From an uncultured Nitrospiraceae bacterium (GTDB taxonomy: Bacteria; Nitrospirota; Nitrospiria; Nitrospirales; Nitrospiraceae), in assembly GCA_963846575.1 (NCBI GenBank), contig CAWJWJ010000001.1, positions 1 through 64,000 on the forward strand: a stretch of DNA of 64,000 bases, read 5' to 3'. Of this stretch, positions 8,623 through 18,849 are shown in pieces. Every line of letters begins with the position of its first letter. Positions within the stretch are counted from its first letter, which is position 1. The notes under the pieces were generated by a model, which worked only from the letters and a program-made list of their open reading frames with translations, was not told the DNA's origin and ran no database searches. The translations under genes and the position numbers were made by a program.

Positions 8623-10464
8623 ATGCTTCAGCTCGAGTCCGTCCATAAGCAATTTGCCACGAAGGTCCTGCTCGAAGGAGCCACCGCTCATCTGCGTCCT
8701 GGCGCACGCGTCGGCCTCGTCGGGCCGAATGGTGTCGGGAAAACGACGCTCTTCCGGATGATTCTGGGAGAAGAATCCCCTGATAAGGGGTCCATTCGCA
8801 AACGCCCGCGACTGCGGATCGGGTATCTCCCGCAGGAATTGGAAACCATTGTCGGAAAAACGGTACTGGACGCCGCGCACCGGGACCTGTACCCGGAACA
8901 TGAAGCCGAACGCATTCTTTCCGGCTTGGGATTCTCGGAAGCTGATTTCGTGCGACCGATCGAGAATCTCTCCGGTGGATATCGCATGCGAGTCGCGTTG
9001 GCGCACCTGCTGCTATCCAATCCCGATGTCCTCATGCTCGACGAGCCGACGAACCACTTGGACAAACCGACGCAACGGTGGTTCGAGCGATTCCTTCTCG
9101 ATTCGAACCTCACGCTACTGGTGATCAGTCACGACACGAAGTTTTTAGACGGTATTGCCACGCACATCTGGGAACTCCGGGACCGAACCATTCAGGAATT
9201 CCGTGGGAACTATACTAAGTTTCAGGAATTGCGCGCAGCCCGCGACGCCCAGATTGAGTCTGCCGCTACTCGGCAGAGCAAAGAAGTAGCCCGCGTCCAG
9301 AATTTCATCGATCGCTTCCGTTACCAGGCGAATAAGGCCAAACAGGTTCAGTCGCGCATCAAACAGCTCGACAAGGTAAAGCTGATCGAGCGACAACGCG
9401 ATAACAAACGCGTACGCTTCAAGTTTCCCCTTCCTGCGGCCAGCGGACGCCATGTCCTCGAGCTGAAAGGCGTCGCCAAAAGCTATGGAGAGAAGGTCAT
9501 TTATCGCTCTCTGGACTTCACGGCGGAACGCGGCCAGCGGATCGCGCTGGTCGGTGAAAATGGGGCCGGCAAGAGTACGCTCCTTAAAATCCTGGCCGGG
9601 GTACTACCCTTCGAAAAGGGATCCCGCCACGTCGGCCATGGAGTCACGCTGCACTACTTTGCCCAGCATCAAGCGGAGTCACTGAGTCCGGAACATACGA
9701 TTCTCGAATCATTAGCGGAGGTGTCGGCACGGGCGGAAATGAATTTTCTGCGCGGCATTGCCGGTGCGTTTTTGTTTTCCGGTGATGACCAGAAGAAACC
9801 GATCAAGGCACTCAGCGGTGGCGAACGAAACCGCGTGGCCCTTGCTCGCATGCTTGTAGAGCCAGCGAATACCCTGCTTCTCGACGAGCCGACCAACCAC
9901 CTGGATCCCGCCTCGGTGGATATGTTGACCGATGCCTTGACTGATTTCCCCGGCACGATTGTGTTCATTTCGCATGACCCGACCTTTCTTACCCGCGTCG
10001 CCACATTGGTGGTCGAAGTCGATGAGGGCCAGGCGAAGAATTATTTCGGGGACTACGAATACTTTCTCTGGAAGAAAGCCCAGGAATTCGAATCGATTAA
10101 GGAATCGAGCGCGGAACTCGGCGCCGCCCAATCCGGGAAGGCCGCGGGACCGACGAAGGCCATGGCATCACAGGTTCAGCCGAAGATTGAAGGCGGGGAG
10201 CGACGAGATCTCACCAAGACTCAGGCGCGACTCGAAAAGCAGGTATCCCGCGCAGAGGCCGACATCGCCTCCATGGAAACCAAAGTGAAAGCCCGCGAGC
10301 AGGAATTGAGCGATCCCGCGTTATACCAGGAATTCAACCGATGGGGTGAGTTACAGCGAGAGCAGGAGGGGTGGAAGAAAGAACTGGAGCGGCTCACCGC
10401 GCGCTGGGAATCGTTATCGGAAGAACTGCAAGGGGTGCGGGAAAAACTGACTACGGCGGGTTAG
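8623..10464 (+). CDS. ABC-F family ATPase
   Basis: Two NBDs (GPNGVGKT/LSGG/DEPTNHLD; GENGAGKS/LSGGE/DEPTNHLD), no TM segments, C-terminal coiled coil. Confidence 0.93.
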   Translation: MLQLESVHKQFATKVLLEGATAHLRPGARVGLVGPNGVGKTTLFRMILGEESPDKGSIRKRPRLRIGYLPQELETIVGKTVLDAAHRDLYPEHEAERILSGLGFSEADFVRPIENLSGGYRMRVALAHLLLSNPDVLMLDEPTNHLDKPTQRWFERFLLDSNLTLLVISHDTKFLDGIATHIWELRDRTIQEFRGNYTKFQELRAARDAQIESAATRQSKEVARVQNFIDRFRYQANKAKQVQSRIKQLDKVKLIERQRDNKRVRFKFPLPAASGRHVLELKGVAKSYGEKVIYRSLDFTAERGQRIALVGENGAGKSTLLKILAGVLPFEKGSRHVGHGVTLHYFAQHQAESLSPEHTILESLAEVSARAEMNFLRGIAGAFLFSGDDQKKPIKALSGGERNRVALARMLVEPANTLLLDEPTNHLDPASVDMLTDALTDFPGTIVFISHDPTFLTRVATLVVEVDEGQAKNYFGDYEYFLWKKAQEFESIKESSAELGAAQSGKAAGPTKAMASQVQPKIEGGERRDLTKTQARLEKQVSRAEADIASMETKVKAREQELSDPALYQEFNRWGELQREQEGWKKELERLTARWESLSEELQGVREKLTTAG

Positions 10465-10838
10465 TCCGTGGATTTCAAGGTCTCTTCGAGATAGTAGTAC
10501 AACCAGCGGTTCTTTTCTTTCGTTACCAAATCGTCCCACACAACCCCGATCAACGTCCCCTTCTCCCAAGGCTTCGCCCAGGCCACGGTGGCGCCTAATT
10601 TCTCTTGTTGTTCGACTCGGTCGGGATCCAGGAATGCCAGTGACACGGTTATCTTGGCGCCGATCGGTAGGGTGTCTTTCGAATGAAGGCCGGCACCGAT
10701 CTTGTTGACGTTGTTCAGGACGGCCGTAAAGCCCTTCGCACCGCTGCGAGGCGAGACCAATGCCGAGCCAACCAGCATGGCTCGAACATACTTTCGTCGT
10801 TCGTTCAGACTCTCGGCCGGGTCAGAGTGACGCGCCAT
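10461..10838 (-). CDS. PilZ domain protein
   Basis: ERRKYVR (RxxxR) and NVNKIG (variant D/NxSxxG). Confidence 0.7.
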   Translation of the reverse strand: MARHSDPAESLNERRKYVRAMLVGSALVSPRSGAKGFTAVLNNVNKIGAGLHSKDTLPIGAKITVSLAFLDPDRVEQQEKLGATVAWAKPWEKGTLIGVVWDDLVTKEKNRWLYYYLEETLKSTD

Positions 10839-10884
10839 AGCTACCTCGGTCCTAAGTATAACCGTATAACCACCTTTGTCCAGC

Positions 10885-12189
10885 CTATTTTTCATCAATA
10901 GATGGATTTCGGGGGCGATAGTACCGCTTGCCTTGGAGCTGGTCCGGAAGATGTCCCTGATCAGCTTTGGCTGCCGGATCATCATGCACGTACCGATAGC
11001 CTTTGGCGTAACCAATCCCTTTCATCAGCGATGTCACCGCATTACGCAGGTACAATGGCACCCCTAGATTGCCGTATTGGCGGGCATCCTGAATGGCTTC
11101 CTTCAGCCCTACATAGGACGCGTTGTCCTTGGGTCGAGACGCGAGGTACGTGGCGCCGTGAGCCAGATTAATTTGGGCTTCAGGCAATCCCACGTATTCC
11201 ACCGCCTGCGCCACGGCGTTGGCGATGACCAGGGCTTGCGGATCGGCGTTGCCGATATCCTCCGACGCGAAAATGACCATGCGTCGGGCAATGAACCGCG
11301 GGTTCTCCCCGCCCTCCAGCATGCGCGCGAGCCAGTAGAGTGCCCCATCCGGATCGGAATCTCGCAAGCTCTTGATGTAGGCCGATATCAGATTGTAATG
11401 CTCTTCGCCTGACTTGTCGTAACGAAGCGCCTTCTTGAGTAGAGCAGCTTCCAGTATCGATTCATCGATTATTCGTGAACCATCCGGTCTGAGAGGCGAC
11501 TGGCTCGCGACGAACTCCAGTGCGGTCAAGAGGCTCCGGGCATCGCCATTACTGAAGGTGATTAACCGTTCTCGCGCAACGGGAAGCAGAACGAGTCGGA
11601 GGGCACCGAGCCCGCGTTCAGTATCTGCGACGGCGCGATCCAGAATCGCACCAAGCGCCTCATCCGTCAATGGCGTCAATACCACAACGAGCGACCGAGA
11701 CAGAAGCGGAGCAATCAGTTCAAACGACGGATTCTCGGTCGTCGCCCCAATCAGGACGACCGTTCCTCGTTCGACGTGCGGAAGAAATGCATCCTGCTGT
11801 GCCTTGTTGAATCGATGAATTTCGTCGACGAACAGCGTGGTCCCTCGTCCCATGGCTCGCCGCTGCTCCGCAGCCTTGATGATTTCCCGTAATTCCGGAA
11901 TGCCGCCGGTTACCGCGGAAAATGGAACAAATTGAGATGCTGTATACTGCGCCACCAGGCCGGCCAGGGTGGTCTTTCCGCACCCGGGCGGACCCCAGAA
12001 GATGACGGAAGACAATTCGTCCCGCTCGATCGCATTCCTGAGTGGACGGCCAGGCCCTACCACATCGTCCTGGCCGACAAGGTCGGCGAAGTCTCGCGGA
12101 CGCATTCGTTCGGCCAGGGGAATCTTTCCCGGACGGGTCGTCAGCCGGGGAGCGGCGAACAGATCTCCTGTGGAATCATGGGATGACAT
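10885..12189 (-). CDS. rarA: Replication-associated recombination protein A (MgsA/RarA)
   Basis: PLAERMRP, WGPPGCGKTT, FVDEIHRFNKAQQD, GATTENPSF, ASEDIGNADP. Confidence 0.95.
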   Translation of the reverse strand: MSSHDSTGDLFAAPRLTTRPGKIPLAERMRPRDFADLVGQDDVVGPGRPLRNAIERDELSSVIFWGPPGCGKTTLAGLVAQYTASQFVPFSAVTGGIPELREIIKAAEQRRAMGRGTTLFVDEIHRFNKAQQDAFLPHVERGTVVLIGATTENPSFELIAPLLSRSLVVVLTPLTDEALGAILDRAVADTERGLGALRLVLLPVARERLITFSNGDARSLLTALEFVASQSPLRPDGSRIIDESILEAALLKKALRYDKSGEEHYNLISAYIKSLRDSDPDGALYWLARMLEGGENPRFIARRMVIFASEDIGNADPQALVIANAVAQAVEYVGLPEAQINLAHGATYLASRPKDNASYVGLKEAIQDARQYGNLGVPLYLRNAVTSLMKGIGYAKGYRYVHDDPAAKADQGHLPDQLQGKRYYRPRNPSIDEK

Positions 12190-12338
12190 TGTGAAGTTTT
12201 TCCAGGATCGTTGCCGACATTCTAGCCGCCTCGGTCAAAACACCGCAAACGGCTTTCGCCTGCAGTATGATGGAACGCTTGATTCCCCACCGGGGCAATG
12301 GTACGACCCCAGTACCACCGACTTACAAGGAGTCGCTG

Positions 12339-13127
12339 ATGTTCTATGACACCAATGGCGTCCGGCTCGCATTTGCCGACCACGGCACAGGTCTTCCGCT
12401 GGTCTTCCTCCACGCCTTTCCCCTGAATCGATCAATGTGGGCGCCACAGGTCGACATGCTTTCACAACGATTTCGGGCAATCGCAATCGACCTGCGTGGG
12501 CATGGTCAATCTGATGCCCCGCTGTGGAACTTCTCACTCGACAATTATGCCGATGATGTCTGTGCCTTGCTGGATCATCTTGGGGTTCCACAGGCCGTAC
12601 TGATCGGACTGTCGATGGGGGGCTATGTGAGTTTTGCGTTCGCGAAGAAATATGCGAACCGGCTCAAGGCACTGGTATTGGCCGATACCCGAGCGCAGCC
12701 GGATACGCCAGATGGCCGGATCGGACGGTTCAACTTGGCCCAGAAAGCCTTCAGGGGAGGCGCGAGCACGGTTGCGGAAGTCATGCTCCCCAAACTTCTT
12801 GGCCCGAGTTCCATGCAGAACAATCCCGATCTGGTGGCATATGTCCGAGAGACCATTTCCTGCGCGCCGGTCAGCGGCATCGTCACCGACCTGATGGCGA
12901 TGGCTGATCGACCGGACTCCGTCTCTCACCTCCGTACCATTACCTGCCCTACACTCATTCTGATCGGCGAAGAAGACTCCACCACCCCCCTTTCCGATGC
13001 CCAATTGATGGCAGCTGAAATCGCCGGCGCCGGATTGGCCGTTATTCCTGCCGCCGGTCATTTGAGCAATTTGGAACAACCCGAGGTATTTAATGACTTG
13101 GTCAGCCGCTTTGCAGAAAGATTATGA
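12339..13127 (+). CDS. Alpha/beta fold hydrolase (PcaD-like)
   Basis: DLRGHG, GLSMGG nucleophile motif, GHLSNLEQP; AAGGAG RBS. Confidence 0.88.
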   Translation: MFYDTNGVRLAFADHGTGLPLVFLHAFPLNRSMWAPQVDMLSQRFRAIAIDLRGHGQSDAPLWNFSLDNYADDVCALLDHLGVPQAVLIGLSMGGYVSFAFAKKYANRLKALVLADTRAQPDTPDGRIGRFNLAQKAFRGGASTVAEVMLPKLLGPSSMQNNPDLVAYVRETISCAPVSGIVTDLMAMADRPDSVSHLRTITCPTLILIGEEDSTTPLSDAQLMAAEIAGAGLAVIPAAGHLSNLEQPEVFNDLVSRFAERL

Positions 13128-13150
13128 GAGGGAGCGGAGTGGAAGCGTCA

Positions 13151-13801
13151 CTAGCTCCCGTCCCTTCCGCTGTTGCCACGGATGAGTTTTAAAAACTCTT
13201 CGCGGGTCTGTTGTTGCGTGCGAAAAACACCTAGCATCGAGCTACTGACGGCAATCGTGTTCTGCTTCTCGACACCTCGCATCATCATGCACAAGTGACG
13301 CGCTTCCATAACCACGCCCACACCATGCGCGTTCAATTTCTTCTTAAGCGTTTCGGCGATTTGCACGGTCAGCCGTTCCTGCACCTGCAGGCGACGACTG
13401 AAGGCGTCCACCACCCGGGGGATCTTGCTGAGTCCGACGACTTTCTTATTGGGAAGATAACCCACGTGACATTTGCCAAAGAACGGCAGGAGATGGTGCT
13501 CGCACATACTGAAAAAATCGATGTCCTTAACGATGACCATCTCGTCATACTCAATCGGAAACAAGGCGCCATTCAGTAGATGATCGATATCCTGGCGATA
13601 TCCCTGTGTCATAAATCGCATGGCCTTTGCCACCCGCTTGGGCGTATTCAAAAGGCCGTTGCGGTCCGGAGCCTCTCCTACCTGCAGCAGGAGTTGCGTC
13701 ACCAACGCCTCAACCGGATCCTGATCCTCATCGATCGAAGGCTCATCGCGCGATGAAAGGCGTGCTCGTTTGGCGCGAACCCCTGGAACCACCTTAGCCA
13801 T
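13151..13801 (-). CDS. folE: GTP cyclohydrolase I
   Basis: [42 protein letters not shown]. Confidence 0.96.
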   Translation of the reverse strand: MAKVVPGVRAKRARLSSRDEPSIDEDQDPVEALVTQLLLQVGEAPDRNGLLNTPKRVAKAMRFMTQGYRQDIDHLLNGALFPIEYDEMVIVKDIDFFSMCEHHLLPFFGKCHVGYLPNKKVVGLSKIPRVVDAFSRRLQVQERLTVQIAETLKKKLNAHGVGVVMEARHLCMMMRGVEKQNTIAVSSSMLGVFRTQQQTREEFLKLIRGNSGRDGS

Positions 13802-14243
13802 GCCTGACCTCATGTTCTGTCCGCCGACCCTTGGCGGAACCGGTATATTCAAAATAGTTGTCTCGAGTTTCGATCAAGCCCACCTTCGCTAGTCGTCCCA
13901 CAGGAATTTCCTTGGCCAACAGCTCCCAAATGAGCAGCACCAGATTCTCCCCGGTCGTGGTCTTATTCGAAAATCCTGTGTCTTGATTCAGATCTCGATG
14001 ATCGAACCGCCGTACCACCGTTCGCTCGACGATTCCATCAAGCCGTTGTCCATCCAGTACCTCATGGGTAACTGGATCTATCTCGCCCGAGACGGACACA
14101 AACACGACATAATTATGACCATGTCCATTGGCATTATTGCACTTCCCGAAGATGGCTCGATTCTCCTCGGGTGAGAGATCATCTGCATGCAGACGATGCG
14201 CCGCGCAGAAACGATAGCGGCGGGTAATCGTGGCCTGAGACAT
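13794..14243 (-). CDS. queD: 6-pyruvoyl-tetrahydropterin / 6-carboxytetrahydropterin synthase
   Basis: [32 protein letters not shown]. Confidence 0.88.
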   Translation of the reverse strand: MSQATITRRYRFCAAHRLHADDLSPEENRAIFGKCNNANGHGHNYVVFVSVSGEIDPVTHEVLDGQRLDGIVERTVVRRFDHRDLNQDTGFSNKTTTGENLVLLIWELLAKEIPVGRLAKVGLIETRDNYFEYTGSAKGRRTEHEVRHG

Positions 14244-14374
14244 TGAACGAGGCTCCAGGAGAATGGTCAAAACGAACAAGCCGGGAGGACTCCCCACCAT
14301 ACGAGGAGCCACTCCCGGCTTGCTACTTCACCGACTACATCCCGTATTCCGGTCGCGCGACAACCGGAGACGTC

Positions 14375-14695
14375 TTACGCACTGAAAGAGCTGCCACAAC
14401 CGCAGGTCGTCTTCGCTTGGGGATTCTTGATCGAAAAGCCGGATCCCTGCAGACTGTCGACATAATCAACTTCTGCGCCCTGGAGTAACGGAGCGCTTTG
14501 GGAGTCCATGATGACTTTCACGTCCCCCTTTTCGATGACCGTGTCGTCGTCCGCCATTTTGGATTCGAAGGCCATTCCATATTGATAACCGTGGCACCCG
14601 CCTCCGCGCACATAGACCCGAAGCCCGACCACATCCTTTTCCTCGGCCATCAGTTCTTTTATCTTCTGCTCTGCCAATTGCGTAATCGTCACCAT
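14375..14695 (-). CDS. erpA: A-type Fe-S carrier protein (ErpA/IscA)
   Basis: GGGCHGYQYG, NPQAKTTCGCGSSF. Confidence 0.92.
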   Translation of the reverse strand: MVTITQLAEQKIKELMAEEKDVVGLRVYVRGGGCHGYQYGMAFESKMADDDTVIEKGDVKVIMDSQSAPLLQGAEVDYVDSLQGSGFSIKNPQAKTTCGCGSSFSA

Positions 14696-14758
14696 ATTGG
14701 GTCCTCCTTGTGAACTACCTGTTCCGCACGTTGTGTCAGTTTACCATCTCTCTGAAGC

Positions 14759-15115
14759 TTACGGAAGTCCGGCACCCCTTTTGCCAGTCTCAGTCGAGGC
14801 GGCCGATGTGGGTTGTACCCATTTGGTTTCCGGAACCCGAACCACGACGTCACCCAGGATCTTCGCCTGACAGCCAAGCCGGTGCCAGGGCTCAGAAAGA
14901 GCCTCGCGATCCAATAGGTCCTGTTCGTCAAAATCAATCTCGGACAAATTATCTTCTCCCAGCTGCACTTCGACCCGACAGGTCGTGCAGGACGCGTTGC
15001 CCCCACAATCATGGTTTAGCTCGAACCCGAGAACCTTGGCGGCTTCCAACAATGTCAGATTGGCCTCGACCTCTCCGCTCTTGCCCTCCGGATGGAGAAA
15101 GTTCACACGCGGCAT
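14759..15115 (-). CDS. [2Fe-2S] ferredoxin (adrenodoxin/ISC type)
   Basis: CGGNASCTTC...RLGCQ. Confidence 0.92.
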   Translation of the reverse strand: MPRVNFLHPEGKSGEVEANLTLLEAAKVLGFELNHDCGGNASCTTCRVEVQLGEDNLSEIDFDEQDLLDREALSEPWHRLGCQAKILGDVVVRVPETKWVQPTSAASTETGKRGAGLP

Positions 15116-15127
15116 GCGACAACTCCT

Positions 15128-16429
15128 TTACGCATTGACGCCGACACCAGCCCGGGCCGGCTGAAACGGACAGCGCTGCAGCCGGATATGCTCCTCAAAC
15201 TCGTGCAGGAACAGTCTAAGAGCACTTTGCACCAATACTGCCGCACCGGTGATGAGTGTGCAATATCCGGTACCCTTGACAAATCCACAGAGCTGCAGCA
15301 GCGAGTCGAGGTCCTTCTGGCTGCCTTCGCCTCGTTCGATTTTTTCGACCAAGGTCGCTAAGTTGATCGTGCCCATCCGGCAGGGGGGACACTGCCCACA
15401 ACTTTCGCCCTTAAAAAAATTGGAATATTTGAGAGTAGCCGCAACCATACAGGTGGCATCGTCGATTACGATCGTGCCCGCGGAGCCTAAACCGGTACCG
15501 GCTTTTTTCAGAGAGTCGAAATCCATGGGAAGATCCAATTGATCGGCCGTCACCATGGAGAATGCCGGACCGCCGGGAAACACGGCCTTGATGGTACGCC
15601 CATTCGGCACGCCGCCACCGCATCTCTCGATGAGGTCCCGGATCGTAATCCCCATGGGCATTTCGTACACACCGGGCTTATTCACAGCACCACTCAGGGA
15701 AAAGAGCATGGTACCGGGACATTTCTCCGTTCCCACCTGCCCGAACCATGCCGCGCCATTCCTCAGGATCTGCGGAATATTACAAAGCGTCTCGACATTA
15801 TTCACGAGGGTCGGCTTCCCGTATAACCCGAAATCAGTCGGGTAGAATGGTGGCTTTTGACGGGGCATTGCGGGACGGCCCTGCATGGACTCCAGCATCG
15901 CCGTCTCTTCACCCGCGACATAGCTGCCGTGGCCGGAAAACACTTCAAGGTCGAGATCGATACCGGTCCCAAGAATGTCCTTGCCCAACAAGCCACGCTC
16001 GCGCGCCTGGGTAATCGCCTTCCTCAGATTGGCTTCTTCTTCCTCATACTCGTGATTCACATAGATATAGGATGCCTTGGCATTCACGGTTCGGGAAGCA
16101 ATAAGGCACCCCTCAATCAACTGGTGAGGGATAAGTTTGAGTAAGTGACGGTCTTTGAAGGTCCCCGGTTCATGTTCGCCTGCATTGCAGACGAAATACC
16201 GCTCTTTCACACGATGGTTGAGGACTTTATCCCATTTCGTGCCGGTGGGAAACCCAGCCCCTCCGCGACCGCGTAAGCCGGCTTTCTTGATCTCCCCGAC
16301 GATATCTTCCGGTGTGAGCTCCTTCAGGCACTTCCGCCAGGCCTCATACCCCCCGATGTTGAGATAGGGATCAATCTCCCAGGGAGCGCCTTCCAGCTTC
16401 TGTAACACCCTTGCTTCAGGTAGGGTCAC
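15128..16429 (-). CDS. nuoF: NuoF-like NADH-binding flavoprotein (FMN, [4Fe-4S])
   Basis: GLRGRGGAGFPTG, EPGTFKDR, YVAGEETA, NNVETL, ESCGQCPPCR..C. Confidence 0.9.
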   Translation of the reverse strand: MTLPEARVLQKLEGAPWEIDPYLNIGGYEAWRKCLKELTPEDIVGEIKKAGLRGRGGAGFPTGTKWDKVLNHRVKERYFVCNAGEHEPGTFKDRHLLKLIPHQLIEGCLIASRTVNAKASYIYVNHEYEEEEANLRKAITQARERGLLGKDILGTGIDLDLEVFSGHGSYVAGEETAMLESMQGRPAMPRQKPPFYPTDFGLYGKPTLVNNVETLCNIPQILRNGAAWFGQVGTEKCPGTMLFSLSGAVNKPGVYEMPMGITIRDLIERCGGGVPNGRTIKAVFPGGPAFSMVTADQLDLPMDFDSLKKAGTGLGSAGTIVIDDATCMVAATLKYSNFFKGESCGQCPPCRMGTINLATLVEKIERGEGSQKDLDSLLQLCGFVKGTGYCTLITGAAVLVQSALRLFLHEFEEHIRLQRCPFQPARAGVGVNA

Positions 16430-16473
16430 GTTGTTCCCTTTCAGGGGTCACAGCCCCAGGTTTGCTGGCCTGT

Positions 16474-16503
16474 ACTATACGGCTGCCTCCGCGAGGCCGT
16501 CAA
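16474..16503 (-). promoter_or_regulatory. sigma-70 promoter candidate for the nuoF-like gene
   Basis: TTGACG-18 nt-TATAGT on the minus strand, ~45 nt before the start. Confidence 0.5.
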
Positions 16504-16615
16504 GCCAACAGAGCCTGATTAGGCCTGAATCTCAACCGGTTAGGACTGATAGGCCTAGCTCACATCCGCCCAAAGACTCCCAGGCGAAGGCCGTAGGGCT
16601 GCTGGCCAAAGCAAG

Positions 16616-16655
16616 AAAAAGGGGATTGGGCGTCCTCTTGGATGCCCAATCCCCT
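16616..16655 (-). terminator. Intrinsic terminator
   Basis: Long GC stem (GGGGATTGGGCGTCC/GGATGCCCAATCCCC) with a T-tract on the minus strand. Confidence 0.8.
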
Positions 16656-16678
16656 GACCGCCCCTTCCACTCGATTCT

Positions 16679-17266
16679 CTACTTGAAGTGACTCCCCGCA
16701 CCCATGAAGAACAGCATAGGAATGGACAACAAGAAGTTGATCCTCGAGGCGAGCAAGGCCGTTCTCCCCCACTGGGCCATCTCCGGTGGAGCGGGAGTAC
16801 CTTGGGCGGCAGCAGCCACAGCCGCAATCACCTTCTTCTGGTTCGGCCAGATAATTGCGTGAACATTTCCCATCATGATGATTCCGAGCAGACCGCCGAT
16901 CCCTAACGCGATGGCGCCGGTTCCGCCTTTTGAATAGAGGTAGCCGTACAGCACAACACCAGCGAGGACAGTGACCGTGGCTCCATGACGGAACCAATTC
17001 AGGGCAACCGGCATCAGCTTCGGAATGACGATGTTTTTCGTCGGCCCATCCAAACTTTTCAGAAAGCCTGCGTTGATCACGTTAAAGAAGTACAACAATC
17101 CAATCCAGGTGATGCCGGCCAGGAAATGGATCCACCGGACGATGAGGCCAAACCAGTCGGCCTCACCCGCCCCCACACCAGTCATACCTAAATACACAAC
17201 TATCAATCCGACAGAGAGCGCAAAACCTGCACCCAATGTCTGATACGGATCCTCAAGGAATTTCAT
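16679..17266 (-). CDS. PuuD/Urate_ox_N-like membrane protein without a cytochrome c domain
   Basis: RWIHFLAGITWIGLLYFFN, WFRHGA, MGNVHAIIWPNQKK, SRINFLLSIPMLFFM..SH. Confidence 0.75.
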   Translation of the reverse strand: MKFLEDPYQTLGAGFALSVGLIVVYLGMTGVGAGEADWFGLIVRWIHFLAGITWIGLLYFFNVINAGFLKSLDGPTKNIVIPKLMPVALNWFRHGATVTVLAGVVLYGYLYSKGGTGAIALGIGGLLGIIMMGNVHAIIWPNQKKVIAAVAAAAQGTPAPPEMAQWGRTALLASRINFLLSIPMLFFMGAGSHFK

Positions 17267-17363
17267 AGGTCCCCCAGCTAACGGTTTACTGCAAGCCACG
17301 TTGTGTACTGTAGGCTATAGAGCCTTGTCAAGCGGCCTGCCTGTCACGGGACATCCGGAGTCG

Positions 17364-18305
17364 TCAGGCAGTCAGCAGACGGTCGACAACCCGGCACAAA
17401 TCTCGCACCGCTTCGGCAGACGCCTGCAGTGCGGTCCGCTCCTCGACAGTCAGGTCATATTCAACAATCGATTCTCCCCCCTTATGACCCAACCTGACAG
17501 GCACTCCGACAATGACGTCCTTCAACCCGTATTCGCCTTCACAGAGCATCGCGCAAGGCACCACGCGCTGCTGGTCATTGATAATTGCCTCCACCATATC
17601 AACCGCAGAGGCCGAAGGCGCATAAAAGGCGCTTCCCGTCTTGAGCAATCCCACAATTTCAGCGCCTCCGTCTTGGGTGCGCTTGATCAGTTCCGCCAGT
17701 CGTTTTGGCGCCAGCCGTTCGCTGATCGGCGCTCCTGCCACGGTTGTCTGCCTGACCAGCGGTACCATGGTGTCCCCATGCCCCCCCAGGACCATGGCGT
17801 GCACATCCGTCCCCGGCACCTTCAGCTCTTCCGCGACGAATGACCGTAGCCGTGCCGTATCAAGTACGCCGGCCATACCGAGCACCCGGGATTTCGGCAA
17901 GCCGCTGACCTGCAGTGCCACATGCACCATCGCGTCCAACGGATTCGTCACCAGGATCAGGATGACGCTCGGGGAACGCGCGACCAGTTCCTTCACAACC
18001 GTCTGCACAATTTTGGCATTCGTCACCAGGAGTTCATCCCGACTCATCCCGGGTTTTCTAGGGATGCCCGACGTAATGACAGCGATGGATGACCCTGCCG
18101 TCTCTTCATAGCCGTTCGTGCCGACGACGCACGTACTATACCCACAGACAGGCCCGGCCTGTGTGATATCCAACGCCTTCCCTTGCGGGATCCCTGGCAC
18201 AATGTCGACCAGCACGACATCATAGGCATTCTTCTCAGCCAACCGTTGCGCGACGGTCCCCCCGACGTTGCCAGCGCCCACTACCGTAATTTTCGGTCGC
18301 CCCAT
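17364..18305 (-). CDS. mdh: Malate dehydrogenase (LDH-like)
   Basis: GAGNVG, PRKPGMSRDEL, VTNPLD, LDTARL, GGHGD. Confidence 0.95.
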   Translation of the reverse strand: MGRPKITVVGAGNVGGTVAQRLAEKNAYDVVLVDIVPGIPQGKALDITQAGPVCGYSTCVVGTNGYEETAGSSIAVITSGIPRKPGMSRDELLVTNAKIVQTVVKELVARSPSVILILVTNPLDAMVHVALQVSGLPKSRVLGMAGVLDTARLRSFVAEELKVPGTDVHAMVLGGHGDTMVPLVRQTTVAGAPISERLAPKRLAELIKRTQDGGAEIVGLLKTGSAFYAPSASAVDMVEAIINDQQRVVPCAMLCEGEYGLKDVIVGVPVRLGHKGGESIVEYDLTVEERTALQASAEAVRDLCRVVDRLLTA

Positions 18306-18395
18306 TTCAACTACTCCTCATCAGGCATGCTGAGTGACCATCAAACGTAAGAAGCGGCAACCGCTTTCCGCTCCCAACGCTTCACAACTCACCTG

Positions 18396-18806
18396 TCATG
18401 CGTGGTCATGTCCGGTCCATCCCCCGACCTTGAAATTGATCGTGCAGACGAAATTATCACCGTCGTAAAAATTCACTTTGATCTTTTTCTTGCCATAATT
18501 CGCCGCGAGAAAATCTTCTGGCGTGTCGACCAAGCCCTGATATCCGCCGGCGGGATATTCACCCAGCTCGTGAAACACCACGATCATGCCGGCTTTGACT
18601 TCCTCAAGAATCTTGGCGGTACAACGCGGGTAAATCTCCCAAAACTTGGCATCGATCTCGGTTCGCGTCGGTTCGGGCCGTTCCTCGCCCGGCTTGAAGT
18701 CGCGATTCGCAAACTTGGCCTGCCGCCGGACATAGGGATATTGGTGGCCGGTAAACAATTTGTAAAGCCATGGCGGCACGGCCGGTCGTGAAGGCTGTTC
18801 ACTCAT
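18396..18806 (-). CDS. Hypothetical protein
   Basis: 136-aa ORF with GGAG RBS between the vWA gene and mdh; globular composition. Confidence 0.7.
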   Translation of the reverse strand: MSEQPSRPAVPPWLYKLFTGHQYPYVRRQAKFANRDFKPGEERPEPTRTEIDAKFWEIYPRCTAKILEEVKAGMIVVFHELGEYPAGGYQGLVDTPEDFLAANYGKKKIKVNFYDGDNFVCTINFKVGGWTGHDHA

Positions 18807-18849
18807 TGTGCGTCTGCTCCAGTACTGTGAGGGTATCGGTTACGACCAT

